NCBI GenBank assembly: GCA_964019425.1
Contig: OZ025784.1
Coordinates: forward strand, 620,001 to 684,000
DNA: 64,000 nt
DNA from: Flectonema sp. DT1601
Taxonomy: Eukaryota
Direction: 5' to 3'
Shown here: positions 34,103 through 46,039 of the stretch, one piece after another
Layout of the letters: each line of letters opens with the position of its first letter
Position numbering within the stretch: the stretch's first letter is position 1
Program-made: the position numbers and the translations under genes
The notes under the pieces: generated by a model
Told to the model about the DNA's origin: nothing
Database searches by the model: none
The model's input: only the letters and a program-made list of their open reading frames with translations

Positions 34103-34625
34103 CTAAGAGTGAGCCATCCAAGTTTCTTCACACTTTGTACAGGTGTAGAATTGTGTCTGTCCTTCATCAGCACCTCTCGTCTGTTTACTGTAGTAAGTAC
34201 ACTTTGTACGGTCTTTGCAGTTAGCGCAGTATTCCATTATTGTATCCATCACTGTGGATGATTTCTTTGCTTTGGCTGTATTTTTTGTGTTTTTTTTTTT
34301 TTTATGTTGCTGCCTGTCCAGATAAAACAAAAAAAAACATACCTCCAGACGCAACATTCTGTAACCAATCTAGACCAATACGAACACTCGGATCGTTCGA
34401 TATCACTGGCGTCCCTTCATCGGATCGCTTCTTTCTCTTTTTATCACCTTCTGGATGTGGTAATCTTTTAACATTATTAATAATAGGAATGAGATCATAA
34501 TTTCTTCCACAAGACACACACATAACGTCAGTACCTTCTGGAGGGTACATTGATAACGGATATCCACAGTCGTCTATAGGACAATACAAGTGATCCCATT
34601 TTCTAATTGGAGCGACAGCTGCCAT
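34103..34625 (-). CDS. RPA12: RNA polymerase I subunit RPA12; 2 exons
   Basis: N-terminal Zn ribbon (CPIDDC...CVSC). Intron 34342-34276 (GTATGT...TACAG) joins two track ORFs. The C-terminal TFIIS-like ribbon QTRGADEGQTQFYTCTKC has ADEG, typical of RPA12 rather than RPC11 (ADEP). Confidence 0.85.
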
Positions 34626-34756
34626 GTTGCTGTTGCTTACTGAGATGAAGATGTATAAAAAAAAAATAGTAACTTAACTGAGTAAGGGAGAAAAACTATT
34701 GAACACGATACGTTTTGTAATGGGGAACGTTTTCTTATAAAATACACGAGTCTCGT

Positions 34757-35212
34757 CTATTGCTTTACTTCTCTTACATGAGATAAATACATAAGAGAAC
34801 ATAGGCTTCCCTTTGAGGATGCCTCTTCAAGATCAGTAGTGGTTGCCCACTTCCAACGTTGGTATTGAGTGACATTAGGAACGTCTTGCGGAGTCTTTAT
34901 CATGTTGTGATCAGGAACAGATACTTCAAATTGCTTCATTCGAAGAATGTAATCTTTCCTTTCCTTGTCATCTGTTGACAACACTTTCTCAATTGTTAGA
35001 TCGACTCCTAGTTTTTGCCTTCCCGACAACAGCACTGAATCCTCCCAACTTCTTTCATCAGGACAATGCATACCTGCAGGAAGTCCCCACGCGTTTGGCA
35101 GATCTGCATCATTTGTAGGTCTCTGAACAGACACAAACTCTCGTTCACATTCAGAGTTTTCCTTATTCTTATAAATCACATACGACACTGCATATTTAAT
35201 TGGAAGACTCAT
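34757..35212 (-). CDS. Nudix-fold protein with degenerate Nudix box
   Basis: VQRP..D..LPNAWGLPAG...E.SWEDSVLLSGRQKLGV aligns to the Nudix box, but the REUXEE glutamates are missing. Confidence 0.75.
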   Translation of the reverse strand: MSLPIKYAVSYVIYKNKENSECEREFVSVQRPTNDADLPNAWGLPAGMHCPDERSWEDSVLLSGRQKLGVDLTIEKVLSTDDKERKDYILRMKQFEVSVPDHNMIKTPQDVPNVTQYQRWKWATTTDLEEASSKGSLCSLMYLSHVREVKQ

Positions 35213-35615
35213 GTTGGTGTAACCTGTTTAGATAAAACATATTAACATGTCAATTGTTAATTTCAATGAAACAGTTTCACATCACGAAAGGCAAGTAGCG
35301 AACCTATAACTGGAGAAACACTTGTTTGCATCGCTAGGCAAATCAGAGCGTGTTATGTGAGAAATAAATATCCTCCGGTAAACGAAACAAATATGTTAAA
35401 CCAAACTAAATAGATGAAAAAAAGTTTTTACTTTTAAAAAAAAAAAAAAAAAAGATTTCCGAACGTACTTTAACATCAACCATTAATTACAATCCCTTCA
35501 TTTAACACAGTTGTACCTATTTAAAGAGGTACAAGTCAATACTTTCTTACTAATTATTCGTGCGATAGGTGACTACTAGTCATCTATATAAATTACATCA
35601 AATACATTAATCTTT

Positions 35616-38600
35616 CTACTGCCGACCTCGACCTGTTTTAATTGTTGTTAACAAAACTCAAAAAAACATTTTCATTACTAAAACAACAGGAACAGCAACA
35701 AGAAAGTATACTTCAGCCAGGGATAACTGTCATTTCGGAGTATAATCAATAACTGATTTCATAAGGGGAAAGAAGTGGTTTTTCATCATATGTATTTATG
35801 GAACAGGTGATCAACAGCAACAGCAATAAGAAAGTATACTTCAGCCAGGGATAACTGTCATTTCGGAGTATAATCAATAAATGATTTCATAAGGGGAAAG
35901 AAGTGGTTTTTCATCATATGTATTTATGGAACAGGTGATCAACTGCAACAGCAACAGCAATAAGAATGTTTACTTCAGCCAGGGATAACTGTCATTTCGG
36001 AGTATAATCAATAAATGATTTCATAAGGGGAAAGAAGTGGTTTTTCATCATATGTATTTATGGAACAGGTGATCAACAGCAACAGCAATAAGAAAGTATA
36101 CTTCAGCCAGGGATAACTGTCATTTCGGAGTATAATCAATAAATGATTTCATAAGGGGAAAGAAGTGGTTTTTCATCATATGTATTTATGGAACAGGTGA
36201 TCAACAGCAACAGCAATAAGAAAGTATACTTCAGCCAGGGATAACTGTCATTTCGGAGTATAATCAATAACTGATTTCATAAGGGGAAAGAAGTGGTTTT
36301 TCATCATATGTATTTATGGAACAGGTGATCAACAGCAACAGCAACAAGAAAGTATACTTCAGCCAGGGATAACTGTCATTTCGGAGTATAATCAATAAAT
36401 GATTTCATAAGGGGAAAGAAGTGGTTTTTCATCATATGTATTTATGGAACAGGTGATCAACTGCAACAGCAACAGCAATAAGAATGTTTACTTCAGCCAG
36501 GGATAACTGTCATTTCGGAGTATAATCAATAAATGATTTCATAAGGGGAAAGAAGTGGTTTTTCATCATATGTATTTATGGAACAGGTGATCAACAGCAA
36601 CAGCAACAAGAAAGTATACTTCAGCCAGGGATAACTGTCATTTCGGAGTATAATCAATAACTGATTTCATAAGGGGAAAGAAGTGGTTTTTCATCATATG
36701 TATTTATGGAACAGGTGATCAACAGCAACAGCAACAAGAAAGTATACTTCAGCCAGGGATAACTGTCATTTCGGAGTATAATCAATAAATGATTTCATAA
36801 GGGGAAAGAAGTGGTTTTTCATCATATGTATTTATGGAACAGGTGATCAACAGCAACAGCAACAAGAAAGTATACTTCAGCCAGGGATAACTGTCATTTC
36901 GGAGTATAATCAATAACTGATTTCATAAGGGGAAAGAAGTGGTTTTTCATCATATGTATTTATGGAACAGGTGATCAACAGCAACAGCAATAAGAATGTT
37001 TACTTCAGCCAGGGATAACTGTCATTTCGGAGTATAATCAATAAATGATTTCATAAGGGGAAAGAAGTGGTTTTTCATCATATGTATTTATGGAACAGGT
37101 GATCAACAGCAACAGCAACAAGAAAGTATACTTCAGCCAGGGATAACTGTCATTTCGGAGTATAATCAATAAATGATTTCATAAGGGGAAAGAAGTGGTT
37201 TTTCATCATATGTATTTATGGAACAGGTGATCAACTGCAACAGCAACAGCAATAAGAATGTTTACTTCAGCCAGGGATAACTGTCATTTCGGAGTATAAT
37301 CAATAAATGATTTCATAAGGGGAAAGAAGTGGTTTTTCATCATATGTATTTATGGAACAGGTGATCAACAGCAACAGCAACAAGAAAGTATACTTCAGCC
37401 AGGGATAACTGTCATTTCGGAGTATAATCAATAAATGATTTCATAAGGGGAAAGAAGTGGTTTTTCATCATATGTATTTATGGAACAGGTGATCAACTGC
37501 AACAGCAACAGCAATAAGAATGTTTACTTCAGCCAGGGATAACTGTCATTTCGGAGTATAATCAATAAATGATTTCATAAGGGGAAAGAAGTGGTTTTTC
37601 ATCATATGTATTTATGGAACAGGTGATCAACTGCAACAGCAACAGCAATAAGAATGTTTACTTCAGCCAGGGATAACTGTCATTTCGGAGTATAATCAAT
37701 AAATGATTTCATAAGGGGAAAGAAGTGGTTTTTCATCATATGTATTTATGGAACAGGTGATCAACTGCAACAGCAACAGCAATAAGAATGTTTACTTCAG
37801 CCAGGGATAACTGTCATTTCGGAGTATAATCAATAAATGATTTCATAAGGGGAAAGAAGTGGTTTTTCATCATATGTATTTATGGAACAGGTGATCAACA
37901 GCAACAGCAACAAGAAAGTATACTTCAGCCAGGGATAACTGTCATTTCGGAGTATAATCAATAAATGATTTCATAAGGGGAAAGAAGTGGTTTTTCATCA
38001 TATGTATTTATGGAACAGGTGATCAACTGCAACAGCAACAGCAATAAGAATGTTTACTTCAGCCAGGGATAACTGTCATTTCGGAGTATAATCAATAAAT
38101 GATTTCATAAGGGGAAAGAAGTGGTTTTTCATCATATGTATTTATGGAACAGGTGATCAACAGCAACAGCAACAAGAAAGTATACTTCAGCCAGGGATAA
38201 CTGTCATTTCGGAGTATAATCAATAACTGATTTCATAAGGGGAAAGAAGTGGTTTTTCATCATATGTATTTATGGAACAGGTGATCAACAGCAACAGCAA
38301 CAAGAAAGTATACTTCAGCCAGGGATAACTGTCATTTCGGAGTATAATCAATAAATGATTTCATAAGGGGAAAGAAGTGGTTTTTCATCATATGTATTTA
38401 TGGAACAGGTGATCAACAGCAACAGCAATAAGAATGTTTACTTCAGCCAGGGATAACTGTCATTTCGGAGTATAATCAATAAATGATTTCATAAGGGGAA
38501 AGAAGTGGTTTTTCATCATATGTATTTATGGAACAGGTGATCAACAGCAACAGCAACAAGAAAGTATACTTCAGCCAGGGATAACTGTCATTTCGGAGTA

Positions 38601-41600
38601 TAATCAATAACTGATTTCATAAGGGGAAAGAAGTGGTTTTTCATCATATGTATTTATGGAACAGGTGATCAACAGCAACAGCAACAAGAAAGTATACTTC
38701 AGCCAGGGATAACTGTCATTTCGGAGTATAATCAATAACTGATTTCATAAGGGGAAAGAAGTGGTTTTTCATCATATGTATTTATGGAACAGGTGATCAA
38801 CAGCAACAGCAACAAGAAAGTATACTTCAGCCAGGGATAACTGTCATTTCGGAGTATAATCAATAAATGATTTCATAAGGGGAAAGAAGTGGTTTTTCAT
38901 CATATGTATTTATGGAACAGGTGATCAACAGCAACAGCAATAAGAAAGTATACTTCAGCCAGGGATAACTGTCATTTCGGAGTATAATCAATAAATGATT
39001 TCATAAGGGGAAAGAAGTGGTTTTTCATCATATGTATTTATGGAACAGGTGATCAACAGCAACAGCAATAAGAAAGTATACTTCAGCCAGGGATAACTGT
39101 CATTTCGGAGTATAATCAATAACTGATTTCATAAGGGGAAAGAAGTGGTTTTTCATCATATGTATTTATGGAACAGGTGATCAACAGCAACAGCAATAAG
39201 AAAGTATACTTCAGCCAGGGATAACTGTCATTTCGGAGTATAATCAATAACTGATTTCATAAGGGGAAAGAAGTGGTTTTTCATCATATGTATTTATGGA
39301 ACAGGTGATCAACAGCAACAGCAACAAGAAAGTATACTTCAGCCAGGGATAACTGTCATTTCGGAGTATAATCAATAAATGATTTCATAAGGGGAAAGAA
39401 GTGGTTTTTCATCATATGTATTTATGGAACAGGTGATCAACAGCAACAGCAACAAGAAAGTATACTTCAGCCAGGGATAACTGTCATTTCGGAGTATAAT
39501 CAATAAATGATTTCATAAGGGGAAAGAAGTGGTTTTTCATCATATGTATTTATGGAACAGGTGATCAACAGCAACAGCAATAAGAAAGTATACTTCAGCC
39601 AGGGATAACTGTCATTTCGGAGTATAATCAATAAATGATTTCATAAGGGGAAAGAAGTGGTTTTTCATCATATGTATTTATGGAACAGGTGATCAACAGT
39701 AACAGCAATAAGAAAGTATACTTCAGCCAGGGATAACTGTCATTTCGGAGTATAATCAATAACTGATTTCATAAGGGGAAAGAAGTGGTTTTTCATCATA
39801 TGTATTTATGGAACAGGTGATCAACAGCAACAGCAACAAGAAAGTATACTTCAGCCAGGGATAACTGTCATTTCGGAGTATAATCAATAACTGATTTCAT
39901 AAGGGGAAAGAAGTGGTTTTTCATCATATGTATTTATGGAACAGGTGATCAACAGCAACAGCAACAAGAAAGTATACTTCAGCCAGGGATAACTGTCATT
40001 TCGGAGTATAATCAATAAATGATTTCATAAGGGGAAAGAAGTGGTTTTTCATCATATGTATTTATGGAACAGGTGATCAACAGCAACAGCAATAAGAAAG
40101 TATACTTCAGCCAGGGATAACTGTCATTTCGGAGTATAATCAATAAATGATTTCATAAGGGGAAAGAAGTGGTTTTTCATCATATGTATTTATGGAACAG
40201 GTGATCAACAGCAACAGCAATAAGAATGTTTACTTCAGCCAGGGATAACTGTCATTTCGGAGTATAATCAATAAATGATTTCATAAGGGGAAAGAAGTGG
40301 TTTTTCATCATATGTATTTATGGAACAGGTGATCAACAGCAACAGCAACAAGAAAGTATACTTCAGCCAGGGATAACTGTCATTTCGGAGTATAATCAAT
40401 AACTGATTTCATAAGGGGAAAGAAGTGGTTTTTCATCATATGTATTTATGGAACAGGTGATCAACTGCAACAGCAACAAGAAAGTATACTTCAGCCAGGG
40501 ATAACTGTCATTTCGGAGTATAATCAATAAATGATTTCATAAGGGGAAAGAAGTGGTTTTTCATCATATGTATTTATGGAACAGGTGATCAACAGCAACA
40601 GCAATAAGAATGTTTACTTCAGCCAGGGATAACTGTCATTTCGGAGTATAATCAATAAATGATTTCATAAGGGGAAAGAAGTGGTTTTTCATCATATGTA
40701 TTTATGGAACAGGTGATCAACAGCAACAGCAACAAGAAAGTATACTTCAGCCAGGGATAACTGTCATGTCGGAGTATAATCAATAACTGATTTCATAAGG
40801 GGAAAGAAGTGGTTTTTCATCATATGTATTTATGGAACAGGTGATCAACTGCAACAGCAACAAGAAAGTATACTTCAGCCAGGGATAACTGTCATTTCGG
40901 AGTATAATCAATAAATGATTTCATAAGGGGAAAGAAGTGGTTTTTCATCATATGTATTTATGGAACAGGTGATCAACAGCAACAGCAATAAGAAAGTATA
41001 CTTCAGCCAGGGATAACTGTCATTTCGGAGTATAATCAATAAATGATTTCATAAGGGGAAAGAAGTGGTTTTTCATCATATGTATTTATGGAACAGGTGA
41101 TCAACAGCAACAGCAATAAGAAAGTATACTTCAGCCAGGGATAACTGTCATTTCGGAGTATAATCAATAACTGATTTCATAAGGGGAAAGAAGTGGTTTT
41201 TCATCATATGTATTTATGGAACAGGTGATCAACAGCAACAGCAACAAGAAAGTATACTTCAGCCAGGGATAACTGTCATTTCGGAGTATAATCAATAAAT
41301 GATTTCATAAGGGGAAAGAAGTGGTTTTTCATCATATGTATTTATGGAACAGGTGATCAACAGCAACAGCAATAAGAATGTTTACTTCAGCCAGGGATAA
41401 CTGTCATTTCGGAGTATAATCAATAAATGATTTCATAAGGGGAAAGAAGTGGTTTTTCATCATATGTATTTATGGAACAGGTGATCAACAGCAACAGCAA
41501 CAAGAAAGTATACTTCAGCCAGGGATAACTGTCATTTCGGAGTATAATCAATAAATGATTTCATAAGGGGAAAGAAGTGGTTTTTCATCATATGTATTTA

Positions 41601-43585
41601 TGGAACAGGTGATCAACAGCAACAGCAACAAGAAAGTATACTTCAGCCAGGGATAACTGTCATTTCGGAGTATAATCAATAAATGATTTCATAAGGGGAA
41701 AGAAGTGGTTTTTCATCATATGTATTTATGGAACAGGTGATCAACAGCAACAGCAATAAGAATGTTTACTTCAGCCAGGGATAACTGTCATTTCGGAGTA
41801 TAATCAATAAATGATTTCATAAGGGGAAAGAAGTGGTTTTTCATCATATGTATTTATGGAACAGGTGATCAACAGCAACAGCAACAAGAAAGTATACTTC
41901 AGCCAGGGATAACTGTCATTTCGGAGTATAATCAATAACTGATTTCATAAGGGGAAAGAAGTGGTTTTTCATCATATGTATTTATGGAACAGGTGATCAA
42001 CTGCAACAGCAACAGCAATAAGAATGTTTACTTCAGCCAGGGATAACTGTCATTTCGGAGTATAATCAATAACTGATTTCATAAGGGGAAAGAAGTGGTT
42101 TTTCATCATATGTATTTATGGAACAGGTGATCAACAGCAACAGCAACAAGAAAGTATACTTCAGCCAGGGATAACTGTCATTTCGGAGTATAATCAATAA
42201 CTGATTTCATAAGGGGAAAGAAGTGGTTTTTCATCATATGTATTTATGGAACAGGTGATCAACTGCAACAGCAACAAGAAAGTATACTTCAGCCAGGGAT
42301 AACTGTCATTTCGGAGTATAATCAATAACTGATTTCATAAGGGGAAAGAAGTGGTTTTTCATCATATGTATTTATGGAACAGGTGATCAACTGCAACAGC
42401 AACAAGAAAGTATACTTCAGCCAGGGATAACTGTCATTTCGGAGTATAATCAATAACTGATTTCATAAGGGGAAAGAAGTGGTTTTTCATCATATAAATT
42501 AAAAAGAAACTTTGATGCGAAAGAAGCACACCTTTGCCTCCGCGGCCGCCGCGATTGCCACCTCCTCCACGTTCAGAGCGAGAACCTCCCTTGCGTGATG
42601 GAGCAGAATTAGATTGCGCGTTATGATTATTAATATTGGCGTTGTTGTTGTTATTATTATTATTGTTGTTGTTGTCGTTGATTATTGGATTATTAATGTT
42701 ATTACTGGTGTTGTTGTTTTTGTTGTTAATAGCAGAGGAGGTGGACTCAGGTGATTGCCTGTTAGGCTTTCTCATATCATCAGGTTGGTTCTTAACTTTA
42801 ACTTGAATCTTAGTTGGGAGTGGTGCCTTATCTTTTTCTTTATCTCTGTCCTCTTTATCTCTATCGTGGCGGTCTCTTTCTCTGTTATCCCTGTCGCGGT
42901 CGCGTTTCCTGTCTTTACCTCCACGAGAGATGACTCCTCCTCCACCTCGTCCTCCAGATTTGTGACCTCCTCTTCCTTTTTCAGATTTAATTTGAAGACC
43001 TCGTCTGTGTCTGCCACCTCTTCTATTGGTTGCGTTAGGACCCCATAGGTAATCTTTGACCGCCTCTGTTAGCGGTGTTTCTGTTGCTTTTGGTTTACTC
43101 TTTTCATCTTTTTTATTAGCCAACCAGGCATCCAGAGCTTCTTCTTTTGGAGTTGGTGGTGCTGGAGCTTCTCGCTGAGCTTTCCAAGCAAGAAAGTCTT
43201 CATCTTCATGAATGGTGTTGAGAAGTGAATCATCGTGTTGTTTTGATGTGGAAGGAATTTGATGATTTGGTGCGAACTCAACTGTAACCTTACTGGTGTA
43301 ACCTTTACTGTCGGTGAATGATCGTCCATCAAATTGCTCATGAAACCTTCTGACGTACTCAATTTTTGAAAACACAACAGAAGCAAAACTAGGAACTAAT
43401 TTCATTCGAGATAGTTTACCTTTTTCGTAATGCAGCCAGGCAACTTCGGATAAAATTTCCTCTCCAACATTTTCTTTTACAATTTGTAAAAACCCGTCTT
43501 CAGTTAAATTCCACGGCAGGTGTCGAACTACAATTTTTTGTTTCTTTTCAAACCATCTGGTCATTTTGACTTTTTTATCGTCCAT
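35616..43585 (-). CDS. UPF3: Nonsense-mediated decay factor UPF3 (Smg4); 2 exons separated by a 6,899-nt snoRNA-filled intron
   Basis: UPF3 RRM-like domain KIVVRHLPWNLTE...FDGRSFTDSKG...VEFAPNHQIP, ETPL motif and basic/RGG tail. Donor AAAG|GTGTGC at 42531 and acceptor TAAAACAG|GT at 35633 give ...RGGRGGKG-RGRQ* (TAG 35618-35616), in frame and continuing the RGG tail. Confidence 0.85.
35708..35795 (-). ncRNA. Box C/D snoRNA, dual guide for LSU rRNA (representative 3'-most copy of 53)
   Basis: Minus strand: ATAC-AT-[C]ATGATGA-AAAACCA-CTTCTTTCCCC-TT-[D']ATGA-AATCAGTTA-[C']TTGATTA-TACTCCGAAATGA-CAGTTATCCCTG-G-[D]CTGA-A-GTAT. Terminal stem ATAC/GTAT. The 12-nt and 11-nt guides match conserved LSU rRNA CAGGGAUAACUG and GGGGAAAGAAG. 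Confidence 0.92.
42412..42495 (-). ncRNA. Box C/D snoRNA, 5'-most copy of the array (C box 38 nt downstream of the UPF3 donor)
   Basis: C box 42493-42487 and D box 42420-42417. Array similarity ends just upstream of the C box, so the boundary coincides with the snoRNA 5' end. Confidence 0.9.
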
Positions 43586-44383
43586 TTTTTTTTTTTTTTT
43601 TTCCCCCAAAGTTTTTTTTTTTTCTGAGAATAAAGAGAGAATGATACCTAACTTTTTGCCTATCTAGAACCACGTCAATAATATGATCAACTTCCTAACT
43701 TTCTAGTTAGCACAATAGCTACAGTTCATGTAATCCAATGTTGCTTTATATTACGAGTGTCTTAGGAAGGAAACTCACAGCAACAGAGAAACCTGTCGGA
43801 AACAATGAGAAGAAAATATTTTTCATCAAAATTTAAAACAGATCGAACTTCGTACTTTTTTTTTTTTTTTTTCAAAAACGTTATTTTATTTTAATTTTTT
43901 TTTCTTAAAATAAATAAAAAAAAAAAACTGAAAAAACAAACAGAACAGAAGAATAAAGGACAACAATTAAAAAAAATAATTTATATGAAAAAAAATACAA
44001 CGATGCAACTCAAAACAATAAGTAGCAAATGGAAAAAAGAAAAGAAAAAAAAAGAAATCTACAAAAAGAATGGTTACAGTACCAGGGATTGACATCCCCT
44101 ATTTTTGGTAAAGAAAAAAAAAAGGATATAAACACAAGTAAACACCCTTTCAACTTATTTTGGATGAAAACCCTACATCGTTCACAACGAATCATCTTTT
44201 TCTGAGGCCACCTGATGACTATCTAGAGCCCGCTAGGATTATGGAGAGACGATGAATTAAAAAGATTATTTCAATTCATCAGTCTGGAGAGAGGAAACAC
44301 GAGTGCGTGAAATACACAACACATAGATTACAACATATCAGTCTGGATAATTGCTGTGGAGAAGTCGGCCTACCAACAGCTGC

Positions 44384-44414
<31 letters not shown>

Positions 44415-46039
44415 CCTAGACGATATATTGATATCCTACTGTATCTTTATTTATTATTGCAAACAAGATACAAGTCAGTATTTATCGAAAAAGACATGAG
44501 CAGTTTGTGTGCTGAATGCCCGTCATACAATCAAACAAGTTGAACACGTACGAACAGCCTTAAAAATGTGTCTGAAGGAAAACCACTAACAATCCCCTCA
44601 CTGATGATATTTTGTTGTTGTTGTCTCGCAATTTTTTTTTTTTTTTTTTTTTTTGCACATACAAGAGACATGACTACGTCGTCCCCAATCTTACGGACCA
44701 TCAGCTTTCTGAGTAAGACAAAGATACAAAGGAAAGAATAAGAGAAAGATAACTTCTCACTTAAAATAAGCAAGCGAGGGATAACGACATTAAGATTCAG
44801 TTTGGACGGTTTTCATATTTTATTTTTATTTTATTTTTTTTTCTCGAAAAAACATTATTGCTTCTTGAAAAAAAAAAAAAAAAAGGCAATCAGCGAAATT
44901 AATATTCCCCCAACATAGTAAAGGGAATGCGGCAATCGGCGAAATGAAAAAGAGCAGTTTTTCGCAACCACATTCCCATGTACTGGTTTAAACCATGCCC
45001 AATAATTATACACGAATCGAACATCAGATGGAAAGAAGGGAGATTATAAGAAGATAATAAAAATAAAAAAAATAAAAAGAACAACACATCACACAAATTA
45101 AAATAATTAAGTCAAGTAATTGGTTTGTTTTCACAGTATTGATGAAAATGCTTACCATTTTTTGTGGATCTTTTTTTTTTGAATTCGTGAAAAAAAAACT
45201 AAACTTTTTTTTTGTATAATATAGATGTGTTATCGAATAAAAAGAGGTTTAAAAAATAAATTTAAAAAAAAAAAAAAAAAAGTTTACAACCCATTCAGCT
45301 AAGGGGAGATAAATTCCCCGCTGGGGCCAACAACAACAACCAACACCAATATCAGCAAACGAGACTATTTAAAGACAAGTTTGGGTCCACCGCATACAAC
45401 ATAACACCACCCCTCTAGGAGTTGGCACATAAAGTAGTGCAAAAATGCATGGTATCCCGGTTAGACAGTAGTAACGTCTTATATACAAAAAAAAGGGGTA
45501 TTTCCCATTGTTCATACAGTTGAATATTGCTAACAACAAACAACAAAAAAAGAAAAAACTACGGAACGGTATTCTCACATTACACTCGATGAAGAAGAAA
45601 ATATAACCTCGAATATTATTATTTTTTTTTTTCAGAAAAAAAAATCTAAAAAATAAGGAAAGAAAGGAGAACCTCACAATTAGATAACAACTGATAAATA
45701 CAACTCAAGAAAAATAAAATATAAAAAGAAAAAAGGAGAAAAGAAATACATCTTCTTCACAACACAACAGCTACGATACAATAAAGAGATCGATTCGTTG
45801 AAAGAAATTCATCGACTGTCAAATCTTCACTTCAAGAACATAATCAGAACTAAACAATTAAAGCATTCGTCTTACAGTATTTAAAGCAACACAAAGGAGT
45901 ACTTCTTACATTATAACATCGTCCTTGTGGATCATCACTCCGGCAGCGTTTTTGATTTCACGCCAGCGCGTGCACACATACCTTTTGAACAGTAGTGTTC
46001 ACAGGTAAATAACAAGTCAACAGAATTACCTTACAACAC

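Larger units (their letters stand above)
35690..42495 (-). repeat. Tandem array of 53 units (128 bp; 8 spacings of 134 bp), each containing one box C/D snoRNA
   Basis: The anchor cttcagccaggg occurs 53 times from 35711 to 42415; 6704 bp = 52 x 128 + 8 x 6. Confidence 0.97.

Noticed and set aside
35690..42495. Array as CRISPR, spliced-leader RNA genes, 5S rDNA or a coding repeat
   Set aside because: There are no unique spacers or cas genes, no recognisable SL exon/GT/Sm-site layout, no 5S similarity, and stops occur in all frames. C/D boxes plus two rRNA guides explain the unit.
42434..42531. Track C-terminus of UPF3 (VLLSHQSFF...DYTPK)
   Set aside because: Most likely read-through into the intron and first snoRNA copy. 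The spliced GRGRQ* end fits the RGG tail better.
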